A stretch of DNA of 64,000 nucleotides from positions 131,896-195,895 of the forward strand of contig JAXMHQ010000001.1 in assembly GCA_046346665.1 (NCBI GenBank), written 5' to 3'. Below the pieces are notes generated by a model that saw only the letters and a program-made list of their open reading frames with translations, had not been told where the DNA came from and made no database searches. Below, piece by piece: positions 54,140 through 62,738 of the stretch. Every line of letters starts with the position of its first letter. The first letter of the stretch is position 1. Both the position numbers and the translations under genes were made by a program. This stretch comes from Verrucomicrobiota bacterium (GTDB lineage Bacteria; Verrucomicrobiota; Verrucomicrobiia; Limisphaerales; JAXMHQ01).

Positions 54140-55417
54140 ATGTCGGAGGAACGCATGAGAGTGAACAAATGGACGCTGGGCCTCGCCGCCGCGGGCGTCG
54201 TCAGCCTGGGATCCGCGGTCCAGGCCGAGGAAACTTCAAACACCGTCCTCACCGGCCTGTCCTCAACCACCTTGAGCGGCTACGTCGATACGTCCGCCAT
54301 GTGGAACTTCGGCACCGGCAACGCCAACCCCGTCCCGGTCCGGTTCAACCAGGGCAAACAGGACGGATTCAACCTCAACGTCGTCCAGCTCTCCCTCGCC
54401 CGGCCCCTGTCCGAAAATAACTGGGCCGCCGGATACCGCGTCGACCTCTGGATGGGACCCGACGCCGCCCAGCTCGACACTGCCAGTCTCCAGTCCGGTT
54501 TCACCCAGGGCGATTTAGCCATCCGCCAGGCCTACGTCGCCCTCCGCACCCCCCTCGGCAACGACATCGAATGGAAGATCGGCGTTTTTGACAGCATCAT
54601 CGGCTACGAATCCGTCGCCTCCCCGAGCGATCCCAATTACACCCGCTCCTACGGCAACACCCTCGAACCCACCTCGAACACGGGCCTGCTGGCGTCCTAC
54701 CGCTTCTGCGAGGAATTCAACATCTCCGCCGGCATCGCCAATACCGTCGGACCTAACATCAACCAGCGCGCATTCAACACCCCCGGCGTCCCGCCGCTCA
54801 CCAATCCCCAGGCCGAGTCCTTCAAGACTTACATGGGATCGTTCACGGTGGTCGCCCCCGACAGCCTCGGATTCCTGGCGGGATCCAGCCTCTACGGCGG
54901 CATCGTGAATGGATTCAATGACGCGGTGAACGAAACCGCGTATCAGAACAACAGCACCAGCTATTACCTCGGCGCCACCTTCGTCACCCCCGTCAACGGG
55001 CTCCGCTTCGGCACCGCCTTCGACTGGCTCCATATCCATAACTGGTCCGAAGTCCTCGCCTCCGCCCCCGTCCCGCTTTTCGGCGGCGACGGCAATAGCT
55101 GGTCCCTGGGACTCTACGGCTCCCTGCAGGCTACGGAAGCCTTCAGCATCCATCTCCGCGGCGAATACGTGAACGACAACGCCGGATTCTTCTTCGGCCC
55201 CTTCGGCGAAGACCAGACCGGCAACGTCGTGGAACGCGCCCAGGTGTTCGAAGTGACCACCACCGCCCAATACGATCTCTGGAAAAACGTGATCAGCCGC
55301 GCGGAATTCCGCTGGGATCACATCGAACACGGCAACGCCTTCGGCGGCACCATCCCCGGCTCCCCCATCTACGCCAACGCCTACATGCTGGCCGCAAATA
55401 TCATCTACCAGTTCTGA
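54140..55417 (+). CDS. outer-membrane beta-barrel porin (BBP2/OmpL-like), paralog 1
   Basis: Signal peptide ending AVQA, alternating beta-strand pattern, C-terminal aromatic (IIYQF). About 45% identical by eye to 55804..57075. Alternative start at ATG 54155. Confidence 0.75.
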   Translation: MSEERMRVNKWTLGLAAAGVVSLGSAVQAEETSNTVLTGLSSTTLSGYVDTSAMWNFGTGNANPVPVRFNQGKQDGFNLNVVQLSLARPLSENNWAAGYRVDLWMGPDAAQLDTASLQSGFTQGDLAIRQAYVALRTPLGNDIEWKIGVFDSIIGYESVASPSDPNYTRSYGNTLEPTSNTGLLASYRFCEEFNISAGIANTVGPNINQRAFNTPGVPPLTNPQAESFKTYMGSFTVVAPDSLGFLAGSSLYGGIVNGFNDAVNETAYQNNSTSYYLGATFVTPVNGLRFGTAFDWLHIHNWSEVLASAPVPLFGGDGNSWSLGLYGSLQATEAFSIHLRGEYVNDNAGFFFGPFGEDQTGNVVERAQVFEVTTTAQYDLWKNVISRAEFRWDHIEHGNAFGGTIPGSPIYANAYMLAANIIYQF

Positions 55418-55698
55418 GGAATGCGGAATGCGGAGTGCGGAGTGCGGAATCCTGGCGGAATGCGGGGTTCACGGATATAACCATCCTTTGATCCATTGAT
55501 GCCGCTCCATTATAGCGGTTTAACATAAACCGTAGCCGCAGGTAGGGACGCCGCGCTGCGGCGTCCGCGGTCGGCGCAGCGCGCCGACCCTACCTTTTGC
55601 GGCTACGACATTTCTTGAGCCGCTCTAAGGACAAGAACGAGCAGGGCTCCCCTGTTGCGCCGCCAGGATTCCGCACTCCGCACTCCGCACTCCGCGTT
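55418..55698. repeat. word-periodic inverted repeat (GAATGCGG/GAGTGCGG family) abutting the porin-1 stop, with a ~200-nt loop carrying the 91-bp repeat
   Basis: Left ggaatgcggaatgcggagtgcggagtgcggaatcctggcg. Right cgccaggattccgcactccgcactccgcactccgcgtt. Confidence 0.85.
55537..55627 (+). repeat. 91-bp structured repeat, copy 2 (fuller copy; outer stem extends to 55531..55600)
   Basis: Identical to 33926..34016. Here cgtagccgca (55531-55540) additionally pairs with tgcggctacg downstream of the ggtaggg...ccctacc stem. Confidence 0.95.
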
Positions 55699-55803
55699 TA
55701 AAATGGCGGGGCGGGCGGCGTCTGAATGGACAAACAGACGCGCCCGCCCGCGGGATCACCGGAGATACTGGCGATCAAATTCGATCGCCAGCTCCCGGGT
55801 GGT

Positions 55804-57075
55804 TTAGAACATGTAGATGATGTTCAGAGTCAGAGTTTCGGCGTTGGCCTTGCTCGGATTGCCAGGGGTCGCCGGAGTCGTGCTGAAATCGGCGGCCACC
55901 GTGCCACCGAAGGGCTTGTCATCCGTCAAGCAATGATCCCAGCGGAATTCCACGCGGCTGATCACGTTCTTCCACAGGGAATAATCCAGCGTTTCGGTGA
56001 GCGACATGAGCTGGTTGCAGCTCCCCTGCGAGACGTAGCCGAACGAGCCGTTCTCGCCGTTGGCATAGGAGCCGTTGCTGCCCCAACCGAAGTCGAGGCG
56101 GCTGCCGCTCTTCAGTTTCTCGGTGATCTGCCACATCAAGTAGGTGCCCAGGGCATTCGCGTAGGAGTTCTGGAACACGCTGCTGGTGGTCAGGTCGTAG
56201 GCCACACCCAGGCTCAGGCCCGTGATCGGCAACGGCGTCGTGCCGCCGATATACAGGTTGCGCTGGTTGTAATCCGTGCCGCCGCTCGAAGCGCCGCCGC
56301 CCGACACGTTCGGAATCACGGCCGGGAAATGACCGCCGTCCGTCCAGCCGGCCGAGAGCGTCGCGCCCTTCATGAACCCGAAACTCTCGGGAGCCGTGAA
56401 CGAAGCCATCACCAGGTAGGCCTTCTTGGATTCGACACCGTTCTTCACGTCGACCTGGTTGTTGTAACCGGCCTGGTTGCCGATGCCCGCCTGCAGGGCG
56501 AAGCAGTCAGTCACCTTGTAGGTGCCCGCAATGCCCGTGTGCGCGGAGGATTCAATGTAGAACCCGTAGGAACGGCTGAAATTCGGATCCTTGTAGGTGT
56601 CGTAGGATTCGTAGCCGTTGAACGTTCCGAATTGGCCCATGTGCAGCTCCAGGCCGTTGCCAATCGGGACGCGCAGGTTCACATACGCCTCGTTAAAGGC
56701 GAAATCCGTCGTGCCGGACGAGGCAAAAATCCCCGTGCCGCGCTGCGCAGCGCCGGGCCCCATCAGCATCTGGAAATGATAACCCGAGGCCCACTGGGAA
56801 TCGTCCAGCGGCTTGTCCAGCGTCAGGCTCACCACGTCAAGGTTGAAGCCGTCCATCATGGTCGGACCATCATACACGCGGCCCGGCATGTTCGCGTTGC
56901 CGGTTCCCATGTTCCAGATCGCGGAGGTATCCACATAACCGCTCAGCGTCGTGGCGGAAAGGGATGTCAGCACGGAATTCGGTTTCGCAGCCGGAGCCTC
57001 ATCAGCCTGTGCCAAAGCAGGCGCACTGATCAGGCCGGCGCTCAACAGGACTTGTGTCCATTTACTCATGTTCAT
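55804..57075 (-). CDS. outer-membrane beta-barrel porin (BBP2/OmpL-like), paralog 2
   Basis: Signal peptide ending ALAQA. Shared blocks with paralog 1 (TTLSGYVDTSA.WN.GTGNAN, DGFNL.VV.L.L..PL, LWKNVISR.EFRWDH). C-terminal IIYMF. Confidence 0.75.
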   Translation of the reverse strand: MNMSKWTQVLLSAGLISAPALAQADEAPAAKPNSVLTSLSATTLSGYVDTSAIWNMGTGNANMPGRVYDGPTMMDGFNLDVVSLTLDKPLDDSQWASGYHFQMLMGPGAAQRGTGIFASSGTTDFAFNEAYVNLRVPIGNGLELHMGQFGTFNGYESYDTYKDPNFSRSYGFYIESSAHTGIAGTYKVTDCFALQAGIGNQAGYNNQVDVKNGVESKKAYLVMASFTAPESFGFMKGATLSAGWTDGGHFPAVIPNVSGGGASSGGTDYNQRNLYIGGTTPLPITGLSLGVAYDLTTSSVFQNSYANALGTYLMWQITEKLKSGSRLDFGWGSNGSYANGENGSFGYVSQGSCNQLMSLTETLDYSLWKNVISRVEFRWDHCLTDDKPFGGTVAADFSTTPATPGNPSKANAETLTLNIIYMF

Positions 57076-57160
57076 AGTTCTTGTATAGGTTTGGTTTCTA
57101 GTTCTTCTCTAACTTCTAGCTTCGTGCGTCAACCGCACAACTCGGTTCGCCGCGCCACCC

Positions 57161-57176
57161 AGCAAAAACGGTGCCT
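57161..57176 (-). promoter_or_regulatory. candidate sigma-54 (-24/-12) promoter for porin paralog 2
   Basis: The minus strand reads aGGCACcgtttTTGCT, a near-consensus GGCAC-N5-TTGCT, ~85 nt upstream of ATG 57075. Confidence 0.5.
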
Positions 57177-57230
57177 CGCCCAAAAAATGCGCCACACCGC
57201 TCGGCCCTGGCCCGATGGCCCGGTTCAATT

Positions 57231-57269
57231 GCCGAAGTGTAAACACTTGCTCCGCCGAAGTGCAACCAC
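57231..57269. promoter_or_regulatory. tandem 16-nt direct repeat (one copy containing a 14-bp palindrome) between the divergent porin-2 and urtA promoters; candidate activator binding sites
   Basis: gccgaagtgtaaacac (57231-57246, containing AAGTGTaaACACTT) and gccgaagtgcaaccac (57254-57269), spaced 23 bp start to start. Confidence 0.3.
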
Positions 57270-57448
57270 CGTTTTGACCCGCAATTTTTCCGTGCCCACA
57301 AGCCCCACGACTCCACACCTCAACCCGACCCGCGCTGTTCAGGTTTGACCGCGATGCGCAGAATGCAACTGGCGATTTTCCCATCGCCCGCCCGCACGCG
57401 CGCTCCATTCCCCTGCAAATGCTGCATCCGACCCGCGCCGGCTCCCCG

Positions 57449-57464
57449 TGGCATATCGGGTGCT
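57449..57464 (+). promoter_or_regulatory. candidate sigma-54 (-24/-12) promoter for urtABCDE
   Basis: TGGCATatcggGTGCT with consensus GG/GC spacing, ~125 nt upstream of urtA ATG 57589. Confidence 0.45.
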
Positions 57465-57588
57465 GAAGCGCCGCTGGACCAGCCCGGCAACACGAACACA
57501 GTCCTCGTGCGCCCCGATGAAACGCGGGAACGCCGGCCGATCCGAGAAACCAAACGAACCCAGAACTGAACTGAACGCAAACGGAACC

Positions 57589-58884
57589 ATGAAAACCAAA
57601 CCCTCCGCTTTTAAGAAATTACTGCTCCTGGCAAGCCTAACGGCCGGGCTCGCCCTCTCATCCCAGGCCGCAGAAACCATCAAGGTCGGCATCCTCCACT
57701 CGCTCAGCGGCACCATGGCCATCAGCGAAACTTCCCTCCGCGATGTCCTCCTCTTCGCCTTCGACGAAATCAACAAGTCCGGCGGCATCAAGGTCGACGG
57801 CAAAAGCTACATGATCGAACCCGTCATCGTCGACGGCGCCTCGAACTGGCCCCTCTTCGCCGAAAAAGCCAAACAATTGCTCGAACAGGACAAGGTCGCC
57901 GTCGTCTTCGGATGCTGGACGTCCGTGAGCCGCAAATCCGTCCTCCCCGTGTTCGAAAAAGACAACGGACTCCTCTTCTACCCGGTCCAGTATGAAGGCG
58001 AGGAGTTGTCGAAAAACATCTTCTACACCGCCGAAGCCGTCAACCAGCAGGCCACCCCAGCCATCGATTACCTGCTCGCCAACGGCAAAAAGAAATTCTA
58101 CCTGATCGGCACCGATTACGTCTATCCCCAGACCACCAACCTGATCCTCTACAAATACCTCCTCCTCCACGGCATTCCCCTCGAAAACATCGGCGGCGGA
58201 CTGCGCAAGGACGAATCCGGCAAGGTCATCTCCGCCGGCAAATACACCCCCTTCGGCCACACCGATTACCAGCAGATTGTCGCCGAAATCAAACAGTTCT
58301 CCGCCGGCGGCGACGCCTGCGTGATCAATACCATCAACGGCGATTCCAACGTCCCCTTCTTCAAGGAAATCGCCGCCGCCGGCCTCACCCCCGCCGAATG
58401 CCCCGTCGTCTCCTTCAGCCTCGCCGAAGATGAACTCCGCGCCCTGCCCACCAAGGACCTCGTCGGCGAACTCGGCTGCTGGACCTACTTCATGTCCCTC
58501 CCCGGCGCCGAAAACAAAGCCTTCCTCAAAGACTGGGACGCCTGGCTCAAAGCCCAGAAATACCCCGGCGTGATCAAGGAAAAACGCGCCGTCGACAGCC
58601 CCATGGTCCTCTCCTATAACGGCGTTTACCTCTGGAAAAATGCCGTCGAAAAAGCCAACTCCTTCAACGTCGACAAAGTCCGCGAAACCCTCGAGTCCGG
58701 CACCATCTCCTTCGACGGCCCCGGCGGCAAAAACACGATGCAGAAAAACCATCACACCACCAAGAATGTCTACATCGGCGAGACCCGCGCCAACGGCCAG
58801 TTCAAAATCCTCAAGTCCTACGACAACATCCCCGGCGAACCCTTCCTTCTGAAGGGCCTCGACGAACAATTGGCCGCGAAATAA
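57589..58884 (+). CDS. urtA: urea ABC transporter substrate-binding protein
   Basis: Signal peptide, then [34 protein letters not shown] blocks characteristic of UrtA. The start is at ATG 57589. Confidence 0.9.
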   Translation: MKTKPSAFKKLLLLASLTAGLALSSQAAETIKVGILHSLSGTMAISETSLRDVLLFAFDEINKSGGIKVDGKSYMIEPVIVDGASNWPLFAEKAKQLLEQDKVAVVFGCWTSVSRKSVLPVFEKDNGLLFYPVQYEGEELSKNIFYTAEAVNQQATPAIDYLLANGKKKFYLIGTDYVYPQTTNLILYKYLLLHGIPLENIGGGLRKDESGKVISAGKYTPFGHTDYQQIVAEIKQFSAGGDACVINTINGDSNVPFFKEIAAAGLTPAECPVVSFSLAEDELRALPTKDLVGELGCWTYFMSLPGAENKAFLKDWDAWLKAQKYPGVIKEKRAVDSPMVLSYNGVYLWKNAVEKANSFNVDKVRETLESGTISFDGPGGKNTMQKNHHTTKNVYIGETRANGQFKILKSYDNIPGEPFLLKGLDEQLAAK

Positions 58885-58957
58885 GGCCCCCCACATTCCC
58901 CATCTCGGTTAACCGGGAGGGGTGGACCTGATGACTCCACCCCTCCCTATTCCGCGA

Positions 58958-60709
58958 ATGAAATCCCACGTGATCGCGATCCTCGCCCTCCTCCTGGCCT
59001 CCGCCTGGACCTGCTCCGCCCAGCCGTCCGCCTCTCCCGCGACGGATTCCGCCGTCCGGCAGAAACTCGCCCGCACCCTCGCCGCCGAACCCGCCGAACA
59101 AAAACAATTGCTCGCCGATCTCGCCGACTCCGGATCCCGAACCGCCCGCGATATCCTCATCGCCTGGACCCGCGACAACGTCTACCTCTGGGATTCACCC
59201 GGCGGCGCCAAAATTCCCGTCACCCTCGAGGACGCCACCGACGCCGACGGCAAGGCCCGCGCCCTCCGCGTCGATAACAACGAATTTGCCCGCGACGATC
59301 ACGGCGCCGAACTCCGCTTCGCCGCCAGCGACCTCGCACCCGTCGACACCGACATGCAGCTCCGCGCCGCCATCCAGCAAACCCTCGACGCCCTCGGACT
59401 TTCCGATCCCGACCCCGACGCCCGGCGCTCCGCCATCCAGAAACTCGGCAACACCGGGAAGGAAAAAAATCTGCCGCTCCTCAAAAACCGCCTGTCCCGC
59501 GAAACCGACGCCTCCGTCCGCCGCAGCCTCGAGGAGGCCGTCGCCATGATCGGTCTCAACAGCAGCGACCGCCAGGTCCAGATCAACGCCGTCCGTGACC
59601 TCGCCCGCCTCAATTCCATCGGCAGCCTCGACGCCCTGAAAAAACTGGCCGCCGCGTCCCAGACCTCCTCCGCCCTCGCCCAGGCCGCCAACGCCGCCGT
59701 CTACTCCATCAACCAGCACATCATGTGGGTGAATTTCTGGGGCACACTCTTCCGCGGACTCAGCCTCGGATCCATCCTCCTCGTCGTCGCCCTCGGGCTC
59801 GCCATCACCTTCGGCCTCATGGGCATCATCAACATGGCACACGGCGAAATGATCGCCATCGGCGCCTACACCTGCTACGTCGTCCAAAACCTCTTCGGCA
59901 CCGGGTTCGGATTCAGCATCAACCTGCCCTTCTCCATCTTCGGCCACCCGCTCGGGTTCGGCCTCCACCTGCCCGGCCTCAACACCACCGGCCTGCTCTA
60001 CGAAAGCTACTTCCTGTTCGCGCTCCCCCTCAGCTTTCTCACCGCCGCCCTCGCCGGTATCCTCATCGAACGCACCGTCATCCGGTTTCTCTACCGCCGC
60101 CCCCTCGAATCCCTCCTCGCCACCTGGGGCGTCTCGCTCGTCATGCAGCAATGCTTCCGAATGGTCTTCGGCGCCAATAATGTCCAGGTCAATTCGCCAT
60201 CCTGGCTGCTCGGACATTTCACGGTCTACGACATCCTCTTCGGATACAACCGCGTCTTCGTCATCGCCTTCGCCGCCCTCATCGTCCTCGGCACCTGGCT
60301 GCTCCTCACCCGCACCCCGCTCGGCCTCCTGATCCGCGCCGTCATGCAAAACCGCAACATGGCCGCCTGCATGGGCGTCCGCACCCAGCGCGTCAACCTC
60401 CTCACCTTCGCCTTCGGATCCGGCCTCGCCGGCCTCGCCGGCGCCTTCCTGTCCCAAATCGGCAACGTCGGACCCAGCCTTGGCCAAACCTACATCGTCG
60501 ACAGCTTCATGACCGTCGTCGTCGGCGGCGTCGGCAGCATCGTCGGCACCGTCTGCTCCGCCGTCGGCATCGGCACCTCCGACCAGGTCCTCCAACAGGT
60601 CACCGGCTCGCCCGTCACCGGTAAAATCGTCGTGCTCGTCGCCATCATCCTCTTCCTCCAATGGAAACCCGGCGGCCTGTTCTCCATCCGCAGCCGAAGC
60701 CTCGACTGA
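58958..60709 (+). CDS. urtB: urea ABC transporter permease UrtB with ~270-aa N-terminal signal-peptide/HEAT-like repeat extension
   Basis: The C-terminal 300 aa are a LivH/UrtB-type permease (NMAHGEMIAIGAY..., GLAGLAGAF...). The N-terminal part has a signal peptide and repeated D..RR.A...LG..G......L helical repeats. Confidence 0.9.
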   Translation: MKSHVIAILALLLASAWTCSAQPSASPATDSAVRQKLARTLAAEPAEQKQLLADLADSGSRTARDILIAWTRDNVYLWDSPGGAKIPVTLEDATDADGKARALRVDNNEFARDDHGAELRFAASDLAPVDTDMQLRAAIQQTLDALGLSDPDPDARRSAIQKLGNTGKEKNLPLLKNRLSRETDASVRRSLEEAVAMIGLNSSDRQVQINAVRDLARLNSIGSLDALKKLAAASQTSSALAQAANAAVYSINQHIMWVNFWGTLFRGLSLGSILLVVALGLAITFGLMGIINMAHGEMIAIGAYTCYVVQNLFGTGFGFSINLPFSIFGHPLGFGLHLPGLNTTGLLYESYFLFALPLSFLTAALAGILIERTVIRFLYRRPLESLLATWGVSLVMQQCFRMVFGANNVQVNSPSWLLGHFTVYDILFGYNRVFVIAFAALIVLGTWLLLTRTPLGLLIRAVMQNRNMAACMGVRTQRVNLLTFAFGSGLAGLAGAFLSQIGNVGPSLGQTYIVDSFMTVVVGGVGSIVGTVCSAVGIGTSDQVLQQVTGSPVTGKIVVLVAIILFLQWKPGGLFSIRSRSLD

Positions 60710-60711
60710 TC

Positions 60712-61890
60712 ATGATGACCCGATTTTCAAGCCGGTCCGAATGGTGGGGCGTGGGCGCGGCCCTCGCCGTGCTGCTGGTCCTCCTGCCCGCGCTCAACGC
60801 GTTCACACCTGAAACCAGCTTCCTCCACGTCAGCAATTTCACCATCAATCTCTACGGCAAATACCTCTGCTACGCCCTGCTCGCCATCAGCGTCGATTTG
60901 CTCTGGGGTTACACCGGCCTGCTCAGCCTCGGCCAGGCCCTCTTCTTCACCCTCGGCGGCTACATGATCGGCATGCACCTCATGCGCCTGATCGGCAACC
61001 TCGGCCAGTATCACCAGGAAATCCCCGATTTCCTCGTCTTTCTCGGCTGGAACACCCTGCCCACCTTCTGGCGCCCGTTCAGCAGCCTCGCCTTCGCCCT
61101 GCTCATGGCCATCCTCCTCCCCGGCACCCTCGCCCTCGCCTTCGGCTACCTCGCGTTCCGTTCCCGCATCCGCGGCGTCTACTTTTCCATCCTCACCCAG
61201 GCCCTCACCTACGGCGCCTGCCTCCTGTTCTTCCGCAACAGCCTCCTCATGGGCGGCAATAACGGGTTCACCGATTTCAAATTCCTCCTCGGCCACGACC
61301 TCCGCTCCCCCGGCACCCAGCGCGCCCTCTACATGGCCACCGTCATCGCCCTGCTCGCCGTCTACCTCGGCTGCCGCTGGCTCAGCCGGTCCAAGTTCGG
61401 CCTCGTCCAACGCGCCATTCGCGACAGCGAAAACCGCGTCCTGTTCAGCGGCTACGCCGCCGGCAATTTCAAACTGTTCGTCTTCGTCCTCGCCGCCATC
61501 ATCGCCTCCATCGGCGGCGTGCTCTATGTCCCCCAGGTCGGCATCATCAACCCCGGCGAAATGCAGCCCGACAAATCCCTCGAAGCCGTCGTCTGGGTCG
61601 CCGTCGGCGGCCGCGCCACCCTGCTCGGCCCCATCCTCGGCGCGTTCGGCGTCAATGCCCTCAAAAGCTGGGCCACCCGCGCCTACCCCGACCTCTGGCT
61701 CCTGTTCCTCGGAGGACTCTTCGTCCTGGTCACCCTCTTCATGCCCAAAGGAATCGCCGGCATCCCCGCCCAGATCCACAGCCTCAGCCAACGATTCATG
61801 GCCCGGCGCCGCACCACCCCCGATCCCAAAAGCCCCCCCGCCCTCGTCACACCCGCCGCCAACCCCGGCACCCCCGTCGAAACCGAATGA
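60712..61890 (+). CDS. urtC: urea ABC transporter permease UrtC
   Basis: LivM-type permease (LLWGYTGLLSLGQALFF..GGY). The ATG lies 2 nt after the urtB stop. Confidence 0.9.
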   Translation: MMTRFSSRSEWWGVGAALAVLLVLLPALNAFTPETSFLHVSNFTINLYGKYLCYALLAISVDLLWGYTGLLSLGQALFFTLGGYMIGMHLMRLIGNLGQYHQEIPDFLVFLGWNTLPTFWRPFSSLAFALLMAILLPGTLALAFGYLAFRSRIRGVYFSILTQALTYGACLLFFRNSLLMGGNNGFTDFKFLLGHDLRSPGTQRALYMATVIALLAVYLGCRWLSRSKFGLVQRAIRDSENRVLFSGYAAGNFKLFVFVLAAIIASIGGVLYVPQVGIINPGEMQPDKSLEAVVWVAVGGRATLLGPILGAFGVNALKSWATRAYPDLWLLFLGGLFVLVTLFMPKGIAGIPAQIHSLSQRFMARRRTTPDPKSPPALVTPAANPGTPVETE

Positions 61891-62645
61891 TCCCCAAGGA
61901 ATTCATCCTCATGCTCGAAGACGTCCACAAGACCTTCGACGGTTTCAAAGCCATCTCCAACCTGACGTTCTACATGGATGACGGCGAACTCCGCGTCATC
62001 ATCGGACCCAATGGCGCCGGCAAAAGCACCATGCTCGACCTCATCACCGGCCGCACCCGGCCGGACAAAGGCCGCATCGAATTCGGCAGAAACACCGACC
62101 TGACCGAACTGAACGAATACCAGATCAACCGCCTCGGCATCGGCCGCAAATTTCAAACCCCCTCGGTCTACATCGACCACACCGTCGCGGAAAACATCTG
62201 GCTCTCCCTCAAAGGCGGCCGCTCCGTCTGGAGCACGCTGCTCGCCCGCCAATCGTCCGACCAGCAGGACCGCATCCAGGACGTGCTGAAAACCGTGGGA
62301 CTCGCCGGCTGGGCCGATTCCAAGGCGGGCGCCCTGAGTCACGGCCAGAAGCAATGGCTGGAAATCGGCATGCTGCTCGCCCAGGACCCGAAGCTCCTGC
62401 TCGTCGACGAACCGGCCGCAGGCATGACCGACGAGGAAACGCACAAGACCGGCGAACTGCTCCTCAGCCTCGAAGGCAAACACAGCATCGTCGTGATCGA
62501 ACACGACATGACCTTCGTCCGCCAGCTCGCCCGCCGCGTCACCGTCCTCCACCAGGGCACCGTCCTCTGCGAAGGCTCCGTCGACGAAGTCCAAAACAAC
62601 GAAAAAGTCATCGAGGTCTACCTTGGCCGAAAAAAGAAACATTAA
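61887..62645 (+). CDS. urtD: urea ABC transporter ATP-binding protein UrtD
   Basis: Walker A GPNGAGKST, signature LSHGQKQWLEIG, Walker B LLLVDEP. The start overlaps the urtC stop. Confidence 0.9.
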   Translation: MIPKEFILMLEDVHKTFDGFKAISNLTFYMDDGELRVIIGPNGAGKSTMLDLITGRTRPDKGRIEFGRNTDLTELNEYQINRLGIGRKFQTPSVYIDHTVAENIWLSLKGGRSVWSTLLARQSSDQQDRIQDVLKTVGLAGWADSKAGALSHGQKQWLEIGMLLAQDPKLLLVDEPAAGMTDEETHKTGELLLSLEGKHSIVVIEHDMTFVRQLARRVTVLHQGTVLCEGSVDEVQNNEKVIEVYLGRKKKH

Positions 62646-62671
62646 CCCCCCGCGCAACCTCGTTCCCCGGC

Positions 62672-62709
62672 TACAACCTTTTTGTCGTACGTACGACACA
62701 AAGGTTGCA
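62672..62709. repeat. 38-bp palindromic element, copy 2 (urtD-urtE intercistronic gap)
   Basis: tacaaccttttTtgtcgtac|gtacgacaCaaaggttgca. Same core as 10266..10305, with the mismatch at the same stem position. Confidence 0.9.
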
Positions 62710-62738
62710 CAGTCTGGCTGCGCGGATCCCTTGCACGC

